A DNA stretch of 64,000 nt from an uncultured Bacteriovoracaceae bacterium (GTDB taxonomy: Bacteria; Bdellovibrionota; UBA2394), in assembly GCA_964601045.1 (NCBI GenBank), contig CAZRLF010000010.1, positions 30,295 through 94,294 on the forward strand, read 5' to 3'. Position 1 is the first letter of the stretch, and each line of letters begins with the position of its first letter. Positions 1 to 9,396 of this stretch are shown here, one piece after another. The notes beneath the pieces are model-generated. The model was given only the letters and a program-made list of their open reading frames with translations, was not told the DNA's origin and searched no databases. The translations under genes were made by a program, and so were the position numbers.

Positions 1-632
1 TCATGAGTCGACATCAAAAGATTTAAATGAGAATCAACGAGAATCAGCTGCTGACCTTTACGGGCTTTGATACTCGCAAAAAGTTTTTCGGCTTCAATCT
101 CAGCAAGTCCAATGTGAGTAAAATCCTCTTCTCCATCTTTGGCTAGAGCCGTGACAAGCAAGAAGGTCGGATGCAATGGTTGAACAGTTGAATTGTAAAT
201 ATACCAATCATTTATTCTCTTAAATGAATGTTTCACATCCTCAAAAAGGTCTTCGCTCTTCTTTTTACCGAGAAGTAAGGTGGGAGGCATATCGACTTCT
301 TTAAGTCGAGGCTCGTTGAGATATTCGAATCCTGTTTTACTTGAGACTTCGATAATTTTAAGCCAGAGAAAATCTGGAAATAAGGCAGAATCTATGGTGA
401 CATTTGGATTAAGTGCCCAGGCATTAAATACATAAGTAAGTTTACGACGATATTCCGTGACTTGACTAAGCACAGTTCTCGACATCAAATCACTCACCTG
501 CCTGTCAGATGCACGAACAGTGTCTTTTTGCCCCTCACGCAAAATAGCCATGCTGCTAATGAGCACAGCTATAAGACTGCCCAAGGCAATCCCCAAAACG
601 ACGACAATGAGCTTAAAGCGTAGGCTCTTCAA
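1..632 (-). CDS. Partial CDS running off the window start. It encodes the N-terminus of a membrane-anchored sensor-type protein (one TM helix followed by a periplasmic domain). The likely start is TTG at 632, preceded by GGAGG.
   Basis: The reverse-complement reading frame is open from 632 down to position 1. It translates as LKSLRFKLIVVVLGIALGSLIAVLISSMAIL... (hydrophobic helix, then a soluble domain). GGGGGAGG lies 5-6 nt upstream of the TTG. The ORF track did not list it, presumably because of the non-ATG start and truncation. Confidence 0.4.
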   Translation of the reverse strand, partial: MKSLRFKLIVVVLGIALGSLIAVLISSMAILREGQKDTVRASDRQVSDLMSRTVLSQVTEYRRKLTYVFNAWALNPNVTIDSALFPDFLWLKIIEVSSKTGFEYLNEPRLKEVDMPPTLLLGKKKSEDLFEDVKHSFKRINDWYIYNSTVQPLHPTFLLVTALAKDGEEDFTHIGLAEIEAEKLFASIKARKGQQLILVDSHLNLLMSTH

Positions 633-751
633 AATGCCTCCCCCAAGGCAGAAATAGATTAAAAGTGTCTTAAATATTATAGCCTAAGAGTTCTTTATAG
701 GGAGGATTTGCATCTGCAATAAAAGTTGCGAAGAATTTGAAGAGCTTGCAA

Positions 752-795
752 CAAACACAAAATAAGAAGAGCCCTCTATATATAGAGAGCTCTTC
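752..795 (-). terminator. Intrinsic terminator downstream of the flagellin gene.
   Basis: Near-perfect palindrome GAAGAGCCCTCTATA/TATAGAGAGCTCTTC at 766-795 (13-15 bp stem, 1 mismatch). On the minus strand it is followed by CTTATTTTGTGTTT (752-765). Confidence 0.5.
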
Positions 796-823
796 TCGCA
801 GGAAGTTATAAGTGTGATTAGTT

Positions 824-2344
824 TTATCCGTTGAAGTTGAGCAATCGCAGCGCGGCTTGCGCACTAACGTTCGCTTGACCAAGAATCGCAACGCCTGCTT
901 GTTGCAGAATTTGCTGCTTGGTAAGTTCCGCGGATTCAACTGCCATATCTGTATCTCGAATCTGAGATTGAGCAGCATTGAGGTTTTCAGATGTGATACC
1001 TAACCGACTTCCAGTGATATCAAGTCGATTTTGCACCGCACCTAAGCTGGCTCGAATATTAACGAGTTGAGTGAGCACAACGTCAACAACCGCAAGTGCA
1101 TCCTGTGCCGAAGATTGGTTGGCAACGGTAATCGATGCAAAGGATGTTTGATTTGAGACTGCGATCGAAGTTCCACTAAATCCTAATGCTGATGATGTAT
1201 TCGTTCCGCCAATTGTAATCGCCGAGGACGATCTTAGCTTTACTGACCCCGTTCGAATAATTCCACTCGCATTGGCGACGCTGATTCCGGCCGTTGCACT
1301 CAATAAATAAGTAAAGACCGAACCCGATGAAAAAGCGACGAAGTTCGTAGAATTAGCAAATGCATTAAACAAACCAGTTGATACAGTTGCACTCCAAAAG
1401 ATTTCGATATTTCTTCCATCATTGGCATAAAACTCAATTGAGTTAGTGCTACCCGATTGAAGGCGAGCACGTACACCCGTTTGGCTTGAATACGCGTTGA
1501 CAGCAATGATAAAGGAGTTAACTGAATTAATACCTGTTCCTGTTATTGGAATATCATTGATCTTAAAATTGTCTGCACTGAGATCTCCACTCGCAAAGCC
1601 AGAGAAATCCATATTGTTTACTTGCACAATGGTAGGCAATAAGTCGGCGTAGACATTTGTTTGACTCGACGCTGAGTTAATTGCTTTTGCAATTGCAATC
1701 GCACTAAATGAATTGTTTCCACTCGAAAGTGTATCGTCAGAAGCAGAAGTAGCCGGAATAGGAACTCCATTGATCGTCATGGTACCGATCGCTGTTGAGA
1801 TCATACCTCGAACACCAGACAGTGCCGCCAAGGCACCAAGTGAAGCTGCTCGAGCATCTCCGATACTAAATGAGATAGTTTGACCTCTACGGGTTCCAAC
1901 TTGAAGATCAGTCGTTTGAAACGTACCATCCAAAAGAAATACGCCGTTAAATTCGGTTGAGGTTGCAATTCTATCAAACTCCTGAATGAGAGATTGAACT
2001 TCAGCGTTAAGATTTGATCGGTCGTTATTTGAAATCGCACCGTTTGCTGACTGAATAGCCAATTCCCGAACTCTCTGAGCTACGTTTGTTGATTCGGCCA
2101 ACGCACCTTCAGCGGTATTTAAGAATCCGATACCGTCGTTTGCGTTTCGAATAGCTTGAGATAATCCTCTGACTTGTGATCTAAGACCTTCTGAAACGGC
2201 TAGACCAGCAGCGTCATCTCCGGCGCTGTTAATACGAGAACCAGAAGACAAACGCTCCATCGCTCGCGAAAGTGCCTTTGTACTATAGCCCAAATTCCGT
2301 TGAGCTCTTAGTGCAATCACATTTGTATTAATTCGAAGTCCCAT
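824..2344 (-). CDS. fliC: Flagellin, 506 aa, with conserved N/C D0-D1 helices and a long Ser/Thr-rich central variable domain.
   Basis: N-terminus MGLRINTNVIALRAQRNLGYS...LSSGSRINSAGDDAAGLAVSEGL and C-terminus ...LGAVQNRLDITGSRLGITSENLNAAQSQIRDTDMAVESAELTKQQILQQAGVAILGQAN are canonical flagellin motifs. A GGGAGGAAACT RBS precedes the start. Confidence 0.95.
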   Translation of the reverse strand: MGLRINTNVIALRAQRNLGYSTKALSRAMERLSSGSRINSAGDDAAGLAVSEGLRSQVRGLSQAIRNANDGIGFLNTAEGALAESTNVAQRVRELAIQSANGAISNNDRSNLNAEVQSLIQEFDRIATSTEFNGVFLLDGTFQTTDLQVGTRRGQTISFSIGDARAASLGALAALSGVRGMISTAIGTMTINGVPIPATSASDDTLSSGNNSFSAIAIAKAINSASSQTNVYADLLPTIVQVNNMDFSGFASGDLSADNFKINDIPITGTGINSVNSFIIAVNAYSSQTGVRARLQSGSTNSIEFYANDGRNIEIFWSATVSTGLFNAFANSTNFVAFSSGSVFTYLLSATAGISVANASGIIRTGSVKLRSSSAITIGGTNTSSALGFSGTSIAVSNQTSFASITVANQSSAQDALAVVDVVLTQLVNIRASLGAVQNRLDITGSRLGITSENLNAAQSQIRDTDMAVESAELTKQQILQQAGVAILGQANVSAQAALRLLNFNG

Positions 2345-2390
2345 AGTTTCCTCCCTGCTTCGTTAAAATCTATCCCTGTTTTATTTCAGT

Positions 2391-2942
2391 TTAATCCTTA
2401 GACATCATATTCGGTGATGTCGGCTTCATCTCTGTTGGAGAGAGCGGAACATCTCTTGTTGCAACTCCTTTGCCCACTTCCGTCGGTCGGTTTTGACCCG
2501 TGGCCTGGCTGTTGCTTAAGAAAATATAATGTTTAGTTTCATATGTCGGATCTTTAAGAACCAATTGTCTTCCTCTAAATGTTTTCCAATTGATAACCAA
2601 AGGTCCTTTAAGATTTGCTGTGATATCTCTGGGCTCGGCAGGAACCGTCAAGATAGTGATCACATTGACATCATCCTGAGATTTAACATTGAGATGTCTT
2701 TGATCTTCATCGGTCAAATCAAAAACATAATCTTTAAAGAAAATTCCAGGATCAGTGACGAGAAACATCAAATCAGGATTTTCAACTGAAACAAGCCACT
2801 TAAATGGCATATCCGCCTCAGCAGGGTCGTCCGCTAAAAACCAATGTTTGAGCAGAGGAAATCCCATGATTCCGTCATCAAATGTAAGAATTTTGGTTTC
2901 ATCAACCTCGACTGTACCGATTCGCTTAGATTGAATAATCAT
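2391..2942 (-). CDS. fliW: Flagellar assembly factor FliW (CsrA antagonist), carrying a ~35-aa S/T/P-rich C-terminal extension.
   Basis: MIIQSKRIGTVEVDETKILTFDDGIMGFPLLKHWFL...PFKWLVSVENPDLMFLVTDP matches the FliW family pattern. It lies between csrA and the flagellin gene. Confidence 0.85.
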   Translation of the reverse strand: MIIQSKRIGTVEVDETKILTFDDGIMGFPLLKHWFLADDPAEADMPFKWLVSVENPDLMFLVTDPGIFFKDYVFDLTDEDQRHLNVKSQDDVNVITILTVPAEPRDITANLKGPLVINWKTFRGRQLVLKDPTYETKHYIFLSNSQATGQNRPTEVGKGVATRDVPLSPTEMKPTSPNMMSKD

Positions 2943-2984
2943 AAAAGCGTCCTCCCATTCTTGATGTGTCGTTTACTCCGCATA

Positions 2985-3224
2985 TCAAGTTCCCTCCTGC
3001 ATCGTGCGATACAGATTTTTGACTTGATCGAGTTCGACCGGCATATCTGCTGCCTGTTTGTTCTCGAGCTGAATCTTTTGGTATATTTCCTCTCGATGAA
3101 TGGTTGTTTCTTTTGGTGCCGAAATTCCAAGCCGCACCTGATTGCCTCTGACGCTCTGAACCACAATCTTGATATTGTCGTTGATCCAGATCGACTCTCC
3201 CAAACGACGAGTTAAGACAAGCAT
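2985..3224 (-). CDS. csrA: Carbon storage regulator CsrA (79 aa).
   Basis: [48 protein letters not shown] is a near-consensus CsrA sequence. The overlapping track ORFs 2926..3279 and 2939..3166 are alternative frames and are rejected. Confidence 0.9.
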   Translation of the reverse strand: MLVLTRRLGESIWINDNIKIVVQSVRGNQVRLGISAPKETTIHREEIYQKIQLENKQAADMPVELDQVKNLYRTMQEGT

Positions 3225-3282
3225 CCCGTCCTCCTCCCATGATTCGATAGTTTTCTAAGCTGTGTTTAAAACATTTCATATA

Positions 3283-4224
3283 CTATTTAATAAAATCCAT
3301 CAGCGAAGGCATTTGCAGTGCGTTACCAGCTGCACTAATTGTCACTTGAAATGCCGTGCTTGATCTTTGGTACTCAAAAGCGACTTCAGCCATATCGGCA
3401 TCTTCGATCGAAGAGACGAATGACTTCACTGTTTCTGTTTGTTCATCCAAATAATTTTTTGTGATGTCGAGACGATTCTGATTGGCACCAACAGAGGTCA
3501 ACTCGTTTAAAACTTGAGTGATACCAGTTTGTAAATCGTCAATCATTGAACCCACACTGGCAGGATCAGTGTCATCGAGATTACCCGCACGAAGAGCAAC
3601 TTCAAGATTGGCCATGGTTTGAAATAAATTAACCGTCGCTGCAGTTCCATCCCCCTGAAATACGAGATCACCACGAGACTGAATCGTCAGTCGAGCTGAG
3701 TCTCCGATCTGAATACTTCGTACGTTGGTATCTCCGCTATAAGTATCAACCGGATCAGCATTCGGTTGAGATGCACTCAAAGCAAATGGAATGGTATTAC
3801 CTCGATATCCTGCAAAAATATATTCGCCATTAATTTCAGTATTTGAAAGATGAAGAAGCTCTTGCTGCAACTGCTGAATTTTTTGAGCAATCGCATCACG
3901 GGCAGATTGATCTAAAGTTCCGTTTCGACCTTTAATAGCCTCTGTCTTTGCTTCGACTAGCAAGTCTTCAACAGCCGAAAGTGATTTTTCTGTTTGGGTA
4001 AGAGTTCTCTCTCCAACATTTAGATTACGCTTATATTGTTCAATGCGTCCTAAAGCATCTTTGTATGAAAGAAGAACTTTAGTTGACTCTGGATCATCAG
4101 AAGGCCGATTAATCTGTTTTTGAGTCGATAGTTTTTCAGATGATTTAAAAACGTCTTGGTTTCGAGCCGCAAGTGACCTCGAGAAGAGCAAGAAATTTGT
4201 CAAACCTGTTAATCTAAAACTCAT
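3283..4224 (-). CDS. flgL: Flagellar hook-associated protein 3 (FlgL).
   Basis: 313 aa with flagellin-like N- and C-terminal helices (...ANQNRLDITKNYLDEQTETVKS...). Positioned after flgK. A GGGAGGAGG RBS is visible in the reverse complement of 3225-3245. Confidence 0.8.
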   Translation of the reverse strand: MSFRLTGLTNFLLFSRSLAARNQDVFKSSEKLSTQKQINRPSDDPESTKVLLSYKDALGRIEQYKRNLNVGERTLTQTEKSLSAVEDLLVEAKTEAIKGRNGTLDQSARDAIAQKIQQLQQELLHLSNTEINGEYIFAGYRGNTIPFALSASQPNADPVDTYSGDTNVRSIQIGDSARLTIQSRGDLVFQGDGTAATVNLFQTMANLEVALRAGNLDDTDPASVGSMIDDLQTGITQVLNELTSVGANQNRLDITKNYLDEQTETVKSFVSSIEDADMAEVAFEYQRSSTAFQVTISAAGNALQMPSLMDFIK

Positions 4225-4234
4225 AAAACCTCTT

Positions 4235-5644
4235 TTAAATCTTTAACAACGTATCCATTAGCTCATTTGCTAAACTCATTAATCGAGAAGAAGCTTGAAA
4301 CGCTTTTTGATACTGAATAATGCTTGCCCCTTCTTCATCTAAGTTAATTCCCGAAACACTTTCTCTTTGAACTTCCATTTGGCTCATTAAATAAGATTTA
4401 TTTTCATAGTCTTGACTAATAGAGCCGGCCATAACGCCAACACCACCGACAACACCTTGGTAGTATTGAGAAAATGTTTGTGTCGAACCATTCATTGTCT
4501 GAGAATTTTGCATCGCAGCAAGTTGAAGAGCGACTCTGTTATCTTTCACTCCCGATACGGTTGGATCTTGCTGGGCAGCAGCAATATTATTAACGTTACT
4601 GGTGATTGATGCATTTACTCTAAAGAGTGAAGCAGCATTTGTAGACGATGCCAGTGGGTCAAAGAAATTAGTATTGGTCGCAGAGTTCAAACCATAACCA
4701 GCAGCGTGTGCGGTATTGAATTGAGTCGAAAACTCATAAGCTAATGTATCAAGGTTCGCCAATTGAGTATTAAGAGTGGTATTTCGATCAACTAAATTTC
4801 CACCAAGTCGACCACCTGTAATTTGATTACTGACGTCAACACTATCCGATGAACCAGCAAAAGTAAGAGATACGGCTAATGTTCCACCAGAATTTAGATT
4901 ATCTGAACTCACGCTGAGGCTACCGGCAGAGAAGTTGCTGACAAATGATCCGCCGTTTGAAAGTTGAACTTGAACGGCTCCACGAGAATCTTGCCAATAG
5001 CTAATATTTAGTTCCGTCGACATTTGTCTTAAAATATAAGTTCTTTGAGCGTTGAGATCTAAGGCTTGATCTGGTCCACCAGCATTGACGATCGATTGAT
5101 TCAGGCTGGCAATTTGCTCTGCCATACTATTAATGGAATCAATACGAGTTGAAATCTCAGAGCTAAGATTCCTCTTCATCTCTACAAGTTGGCTCGACAT
5201 CAAATTAAATCGATCAGCAAGTGCAACGGCTTTATCTCTAACACCCTGTCGAAGAGCAATACTTGAAGAGTCGTTCGCCAAATCACTAAAAGAATTAAAG
5301 AAAGTACTCATGGCTTTTCCGAGACCTTGGTCCTGAGTCTCGTTGAAAAGTGTTTCAAGTTGAGTCACTGTCTTTTTGCGTCCGTCCACAGTTCCAAAAT
5401 AATTAGCAGTTTGGAACAATTGCATTTCAAGAAATGAATCTGTCTTCGAATCAATTCCTCTAATTTCAACTCCACCACCTAAATAGCTGGCGCCAGTCAC
5501 AGAGGCTCGAGCTCCAACGACAACTTCTTGTCTCGCGTAGCCCTTTGTATTGGCATTCGCGATATTATTTGAAGCTGCGGCCAGACCGCGTTGAGCGACT
5601 GTTAACCCGTCGAGTGATCGATTAATGACAGAGGACAAACTCAT
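4235..5644 (-). CDS. flgK: Flagellar hook-associated protein 1 (FlgK).
   Basis: 469 aa. N-terminus MSLSSVINRSLDGLTVAQRGLAAASNNIANANTKGYARQEV is the FlgK/rod-hook N-terminal motif. The C-terminus ...ASIIQYQKAFQASSRLMSLANELMDTLLKI is typical of FlgK. Confidence 0.9.
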   Translation of the reverse strand: MSLSSVINRSLDGLTVAQRGLAAASNNIANANTKGYARQEVVVGARASVTGASYLGGGVEIRGIDSKTDSFLEMQLFQTANYFGTVDGRKKTVTQLETLFNETQDQGLGKAMSTFFNSFSDLANDSSSIALRQGVRDKAVALADRFNLMSSQLVEMKRNLSSEISTRIDSINSMAEQIASLNQSIVNAGGPDQALDLNAQRTYILRQMSTELNISYWQDSRGAVQVQLSNGGSFVSNFSAGSLSVSSDNLNSGGTLAVSLTFAGSSDSVDVSNQITGGRLGGNLVDRNTTLNTQLANLDTLAYEFSTQFNTAHAAGYGLNSATNTNFFDPLASSTNAASLFRVNASITSNVNNIAAAQQDPTVSGVKDNRVALQLAAMQNSQTMNGSTQTFSQYYQGVVGGVGVMAGSISQDYENKSYLMSQMEVQRESVSGINLDEEGASIIQYQKAFQASSRLMSLANELMDTLLKI

Positions 5645-6156
5645 GCTTGCTTCTCCACTGTTCGGCCAGCAAACATTCCGGGCTTATCAATATGTCCGCG
5701 AGTATTATAAGTTCCAGTTGGAGTGAGCAGGCCTTTTAAAGTATTGACCGAGCTATTGATCCAAGAAAGAGAAGTATTAGCAAGAAGAGTGGTTCTTTCT
5801 TGCAAATCTTGAAGAGAATTAATCACTGTATGTAAGCGAGTTCTTAACTCGGTAAGTCGATGGCTTACGGGTCCACCGATTGCCCGACAAATATCAGCAA
5901 TTCTCACTTTATCTTTAGGGAGGTTAAACCTCTCAGCAACTTGCTTAACAAGATTCTGACGAGCTTCGTCCATAATTTGAATTTTAAGCAAAATAGTCGC
6001 CTTTAATTTATTATTGTGCTCGAGCTTATCTAAGCGAAGATGCGCCATATTCTCTTCATCTTCTTTAACAAGGCGAGCATAAGCCTCGTAGGCCTCAAGT
6101 TGATCAGCGAGTACTTTTTCGAGAGACTGGATTCCTTGATTGTTTTCAGCGTTCAT
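5641..6156 (-). CDS. flgN: FlgN-family flagellar export chaperone (putative).
   Basis: 171-aa helical protein sitting between flgM and flgK. Its stop overlaps the flgK start by 4 nt. Similarity to FlgN is weak but the position is conserved. Confidence 0.55.
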   Translation of the reverse strand: MNAENNQGIQSLEKVLADQLEAYEAYARLVKEDEENMAHLRLDKLEHNNKLKATILLKIQIMDEARQNLVKQVAERFNLPKDKVRIADICRAIGGPVSHRLTELRTRLHTVINSLQDLQERTTLLANTSLSWINSSVNTLKGLLTPTGTYNTRGHIDKPGMFAGRTVEKQA

Positions 6157-6157
6157 C

Positions 6158-6493
6158 TCAAGCCTTCCTATTCTTCTTTGAAATGTGATTCATGATCACA
6201 TCCCGAATGAAACCTTCGGCCACTTTTTCAAAATCTATTTTGAACTGACCATTTTTTAATTTTTTGGCGACTCGGGCGACTTCGTCAGGTCGAATATCAC
6301 CCTCTCGTGAAACCAAATTCTGAATGAGGTCGATCGTGGCTTTATCACCACCAATTTCAACGGCATCTTGACCAAATGCACCGACGGTTGCTTCAACTTT
6401 GGCTTCGTTTGGCTTTTTCGGAGCTGCAGAAGCACCTTTCGATGCTCCTGTTCGACTTGCTCCACCACCCGATTTTGGACCTGATACTTTCAT
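6158..6493 (-). CDS. flgM: Anti-sigma-28 factor FlgM.
   Basis: 111 aa. The C-terminus DEVARVAKKLKNGQFKIDFEKVAEGFI matches the FlgM sigma-28-binding helix. It sits in the canonical position upstream of flgN. Confidence 0.7.
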   Translation of the reverse strand: MKVSGPKSGGGASRTGASKGASAAPKKPNEAKVEATVGAFGQDAVEIGGDKATIDLIQNLVSREGDIRPDEVARVAKKLKNGQFKIDFEKVAEGFIRDVIMNHISKKNRKA

Positions 6494-6502
6494 ATTGCTC
6501 CG

Positions 6503-6838
6503 CTAAACTTTTGGACCCTGATTCTTTTCGTCTAGTCCTAAATTTTTACTCATTTGCTTAACAATCATTTCAGCTAAGCCAGTCTTGTTTTTATTCGAAC
6601 TTAATTTTGAATACTCGGTATCAAGCATAGATTGAAAAAATTTCACCTGGCTGCTGTCAGTCAGAGATTCTTCACCAAAACTTGTGGTCTCACGCATACT
6701 CTTCATCACCACGTCCATGAACATACTTTCAAAATCCTTGGCGGCTTTCTCCAGCTTCTCTTTTGAATTTACCTTCATTGAAGGCAATTTTTGCTCAGGT
6801 GCCTGAATTGGATTTGAAGAGATTTTAAAATCGCTCAT
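6503..6838 (-). CDS. flgJ: Flagellar rod-binding protein (FlgJ N-terminal-domain homologue with no muramidase domain).
   Basis: AAKDFESMFMDVVMKSMRETT matches the rod-binding-protein motif (AxxFEsvFlxqMLKSMR). The protein is 111 aa and overlaps flgI by 4 nt. Confidence 0.7.
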   Translation of the reverse strand: MSDFKISSNPIQAPEQKLPSMKVNSKEKLEKAAKDFESMFMDVVMKSMRETTSFGEESLTDSSQVKFFQSMLDTEYSKLSSNKNKTGLAEMIVKQMSKNLGLDEKNQGPKV

Positions 6839-7941
6839 ATAATCTCCAGTTCTGCCTGTAATGCGCCTGCTGCTTGAATCGCTTGAAATACTGCAATCAA
6901 ATCTCGAGGAGTAACACCGATTGCGTTAAGGGCCTTTACTAAATCACCAATTGAAACTCCGGTAGGAACAATCGCTAAACGATTTTCTCCTTCTTTTACT
7001 TCAATTGTTGCTTCTCCTGTAACTTGAGTTGTTCCTTGTGAGAATGCTTCAGGTTGGCTAACCGACAGATTAGGCTGAATACTAATGGTAAGACTTCCGT
7101 GAGCAACCGCCACAGTTGAAATTCTTACATCTTGTCCAACGACGACAGTTCCAGTTCTTTCGTTTACGACAACTTTAGCTGCGACATCGGGGTTAACTCG
7201 TGCAGATTCAATCGTTGAAACGAGTTGGACCATTTGATCTTTGTAACTGTCAGGAACTTGAACTGTAATAGTTCCCGAATCTTTTGCCGATGCGAAGGGG
7301 CCTTTAAGCTCTTTATTAATAGCACGAACAATTCGATTAGCCGTTGTAAAATCGGCAGAGTTAAGTGAATAAGTCAGTTCTTTTAAAAGACTAAAGTCAA
7401 AGGTGATCTCTCGCTCAATTGTCGCACCGCCAGGAACTTTTCCTACGGTTGGATGATTTTTCTGAGCAGTTGCGCCCGACTTTTCTTCAGAAAATCCACC
7501 AATTGTTACTGGACCTTGAGCGACCGCATAAACTTGTCCGTCAGCACCCTTTAAAGGAGTGAGAAGAAGTGTTCCACCCTTTAAACTCTTAGCATCGCCA
7601 AGCGAAGAAACCAGCAGATCCATTTTGGATCCAACTTTTGCAAACGGGGGAAGATAAGCCGTAACAATAACACCGGCAACATTCTTTACATTGATGGTCG
7701 ATGCATCGATACCAACTCCCAAATTATTGAGCATAGTAGCTAAAGACTGCATGGTGAATTGGCTACTGCCACCATCACCAGTTCCTTGCAAGCCTACAAC
7801 CAGCCCATAACCAATGAGTTGATTCTGTCGAACGCCTTTAAGAGTGGTGATATCTTTGACGCGAGCTGCTGCACTCAGATCAACTGAAATCCCCACCGCG
7901 AAGATCGTAAAAGCTAATATTTTGTTCATCCTTGAACGCAT
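6835..7941 (-). CDS. flgI: Flagellar P-ring protein FlgI.
   Basis: 368 aa with a signal peptide. The conserved FlgI blocks ...LIGYGLVVGLQGTGD... and ...NERTGTVVVGQDVRISTVAVAHGSLTISI are present. Confidence 0.95.
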   Translation of the reverse strand: MRSRMNKILAFTIFAVGISVDLSAAARVKDITTLKGVRQNQLIGYGLVVGLQGTGDGGSSQFTMQSLATMLNNLGVGIDASTINVKNVAGVIVTAYLPPFAKVGSKMDLLVSSLGDAKSLKGGTLLLTPLKGADGQVYAVAQGPVTIGGFSEEKSGATAQKNHPTVGKVPGGATIEREITFDFSLLKELTYSLNSADFTTANRIVRAINKELKGPFASAKDSGTITVQVPDSYKDQMVQLVSTIESARVNPDVAAKVVVNERTGTVVVGQDVRISTVAVAHGSLTISIQPNLSVSQPEAFSQGTTQVTGEATIEVKEGENRLAIVPTGVSIGDLVKALNAIGVTPRDLIAVFQAIQAAGALQAELEII

Positions 7942-7956
7942 GCGATATCGTCTCCG

Positions 7957-8688
7957 CTAGAACGGCCAGACCGCGTCGATAAGACGCGCCCCCCATCCTG
8001 CTTTTTGTTTATCCGACACCATCCCCTCGCCTATATAGCGAATCTGTGCATCGGCCATTAAAGTTGAAACAATTGTATTATTAATTCGAATATCGTCAGG
8101 ACGAACGAAACCTGAAATTTCGACCTCTTGATCTTCGTTATTTATCGTTAGAGCTTTATGTCCACGAACAAAAAGAGTTCCATTCGGTAAAACATTTTCG
8201 ACCACTGCTTGAACAGTTGTTTCAAATCGACCTGATCGGTCCGTTTGTCCTTCACCCTTAAAATCGTTTTTATTTCCGGTTTGAGCTGTAAGAGTTCCCA
8301 TTTGATCAGACGAACCCTGTCCTGCACTTAAACTTCCACTGATCGATACAGACCCTTCACGTTTTGCATCTGTTTTTGCTTTCGTTGAAGCAGTTGCATT
8401 TTCAACAATCTGAATATTAAGCAAATCGCCTACCTTCTGAGCTTTTTGATTGCGAATAATATAGGGACTGCCAATCGACTTCGCCCAAAGACTTGCCTGA
8501 ATTGGATCGCCAGTGGGGTCATTATTCATTTCGGGCATGGCAGCTTGGCCAGCAGCCATTCTCTCTTCTTGTTGCTTTAGTTGTTTTTCATTGAAAGTTT
8601 CTTTGTGAGGCTTACGTAAAGAACAAGCTGATATTAAAGAAATCAAAAGAAGAGAAATCACTAATTTTGAAGTCTGAGCAATTTTCAT
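7957..8688 (-). CDS. flgH: Flagellar L-ring lipoprotein FlgH.
   Basis: Lipobox LISLISAC-S, then the FlgH core ...TLFVRGHKALTINNEDQEVEISGFVRPDDI... Confidence 0.9.
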   Translation of the reverse strand: MKIAQTSKLVISLLLISLISACSLRKPHKETFNEKQLKQQEERMAAGQAAMPEMNNDPTGDPIQASLWAKSIGSPYIIRNQKAQKVGDLLNIQIVENATASTKAKTDAKREGSVSISGSLSAGQGSSDQMGTLTAQTGNKNDFKGEGQTDRSGRFETTVQAVVENVLPNGTLFVRGHKALTINNEDQEVEISGFVRPDDIRINNTIVSTLMADAQIRYIGEGMVSDKQKAGWGARLIDAVWPF

Positions 8689-9392
8689 AACTTCAACTCC
8701 ACAGATCTTGAGTCCGTCACAGTCGCATAAATTTCTTTTCGAGACTCGCTGTTAATAATCCGAATCGTCTGACCCCTGGTACCTGGCTCTTGAGCAATGC
8801 CTAAGCTCGAAATCAGAATCCCGTCACTGACGACCGAAATTCTTACTCGATCACCTCGGTTCACAAGTACATTTCTTTGAAGCTTTGAATCTTGAATTAT
8901 CTCGTTTGTCTGAATCGTGGCACGAACAGGTCGGCCGGCAATATCGTCTTTAGCGGCGAGTATTCCTCGGAACGTACTTGAATCTCTCCATTCAAACGCA
9001 AAATCAGAAGCCGACACAATTTCACCAGGACTTAAAACCCGAACGGCAACGGCAACTTCTTCTTGTATAAAAAGCTTTGCATGAACTTTTACCAGCTTGA
9101 TGAGTCGACCTTGTTTATCAAAAAATTTAATTGAAAGGGGCGAAATACCTTGGTCTCTAATTCCTGAAAGATCGATATCAAATGCCGTATCTGCAAGTGA
9201 TTCAGGAATTTCATCTTTTTTAAGATTAAGATCTGAGATTTGAACGCGCTTATTTTTGTACTGAAGAAGTTGTGAATTAAACTTATCTTTCCAAAAATTA
9301 TTTGCCTCGTCTTCTCCCGCAAAGGCGACAATCGTCAACCAAATCGGAAAAAGAACCAGCATTAGAAGCGCTATTTTAACTCCGAGCTTCAT
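8685..9392 (-). CDS. flgA: Flagellar P-ring assembly chaperone FlgA.
   Basis: 235 aa, periplasmic, with the SAF/FlgA C-terminal domain (...GQTIRIINSESRKEIYATV...). Overlaps flgH by 4 nt and sits between flgG and flgH. Confidence 0.75.
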   Translation of the reverse strand: MKLGVKIALLMLVLFPIWLTIVAFAGEDEANNFWKDKFNSQLLQYKNKRVQISDLNLKKDEIPESLADTAFDIDLSGIRDQGISPLSIKFFDKQGRLIKLVKVHAKLFIQEEVAVAVRVLSPGEIVSASDFAFEWRDSSTFRGILAAKDDIAGRPVRATIQTNEIIQDSKLQRNVLVNRGDRVRISVVSDGILISSLGIAQEPGTRGQTIRIINSESRKEIYATVTDSRSVELKL

Positions 9393-9396
9393 CTCA

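Noticed and set aside
670-978. 102-aa ORF on the minus strand.
   Set aside because: It spans the fliC terminator and part of the promoter region, and overlaps the flagellin 3' end in another frame. Its composition is low-complexity. Spurious.
2926-3279. 117-aa and 75-aa ORFs overlapping csrA.
   Set aside because: They are alternative frames over the csrA locus. Only the 2985..3224 frame gives the canonical CsrA sequence.
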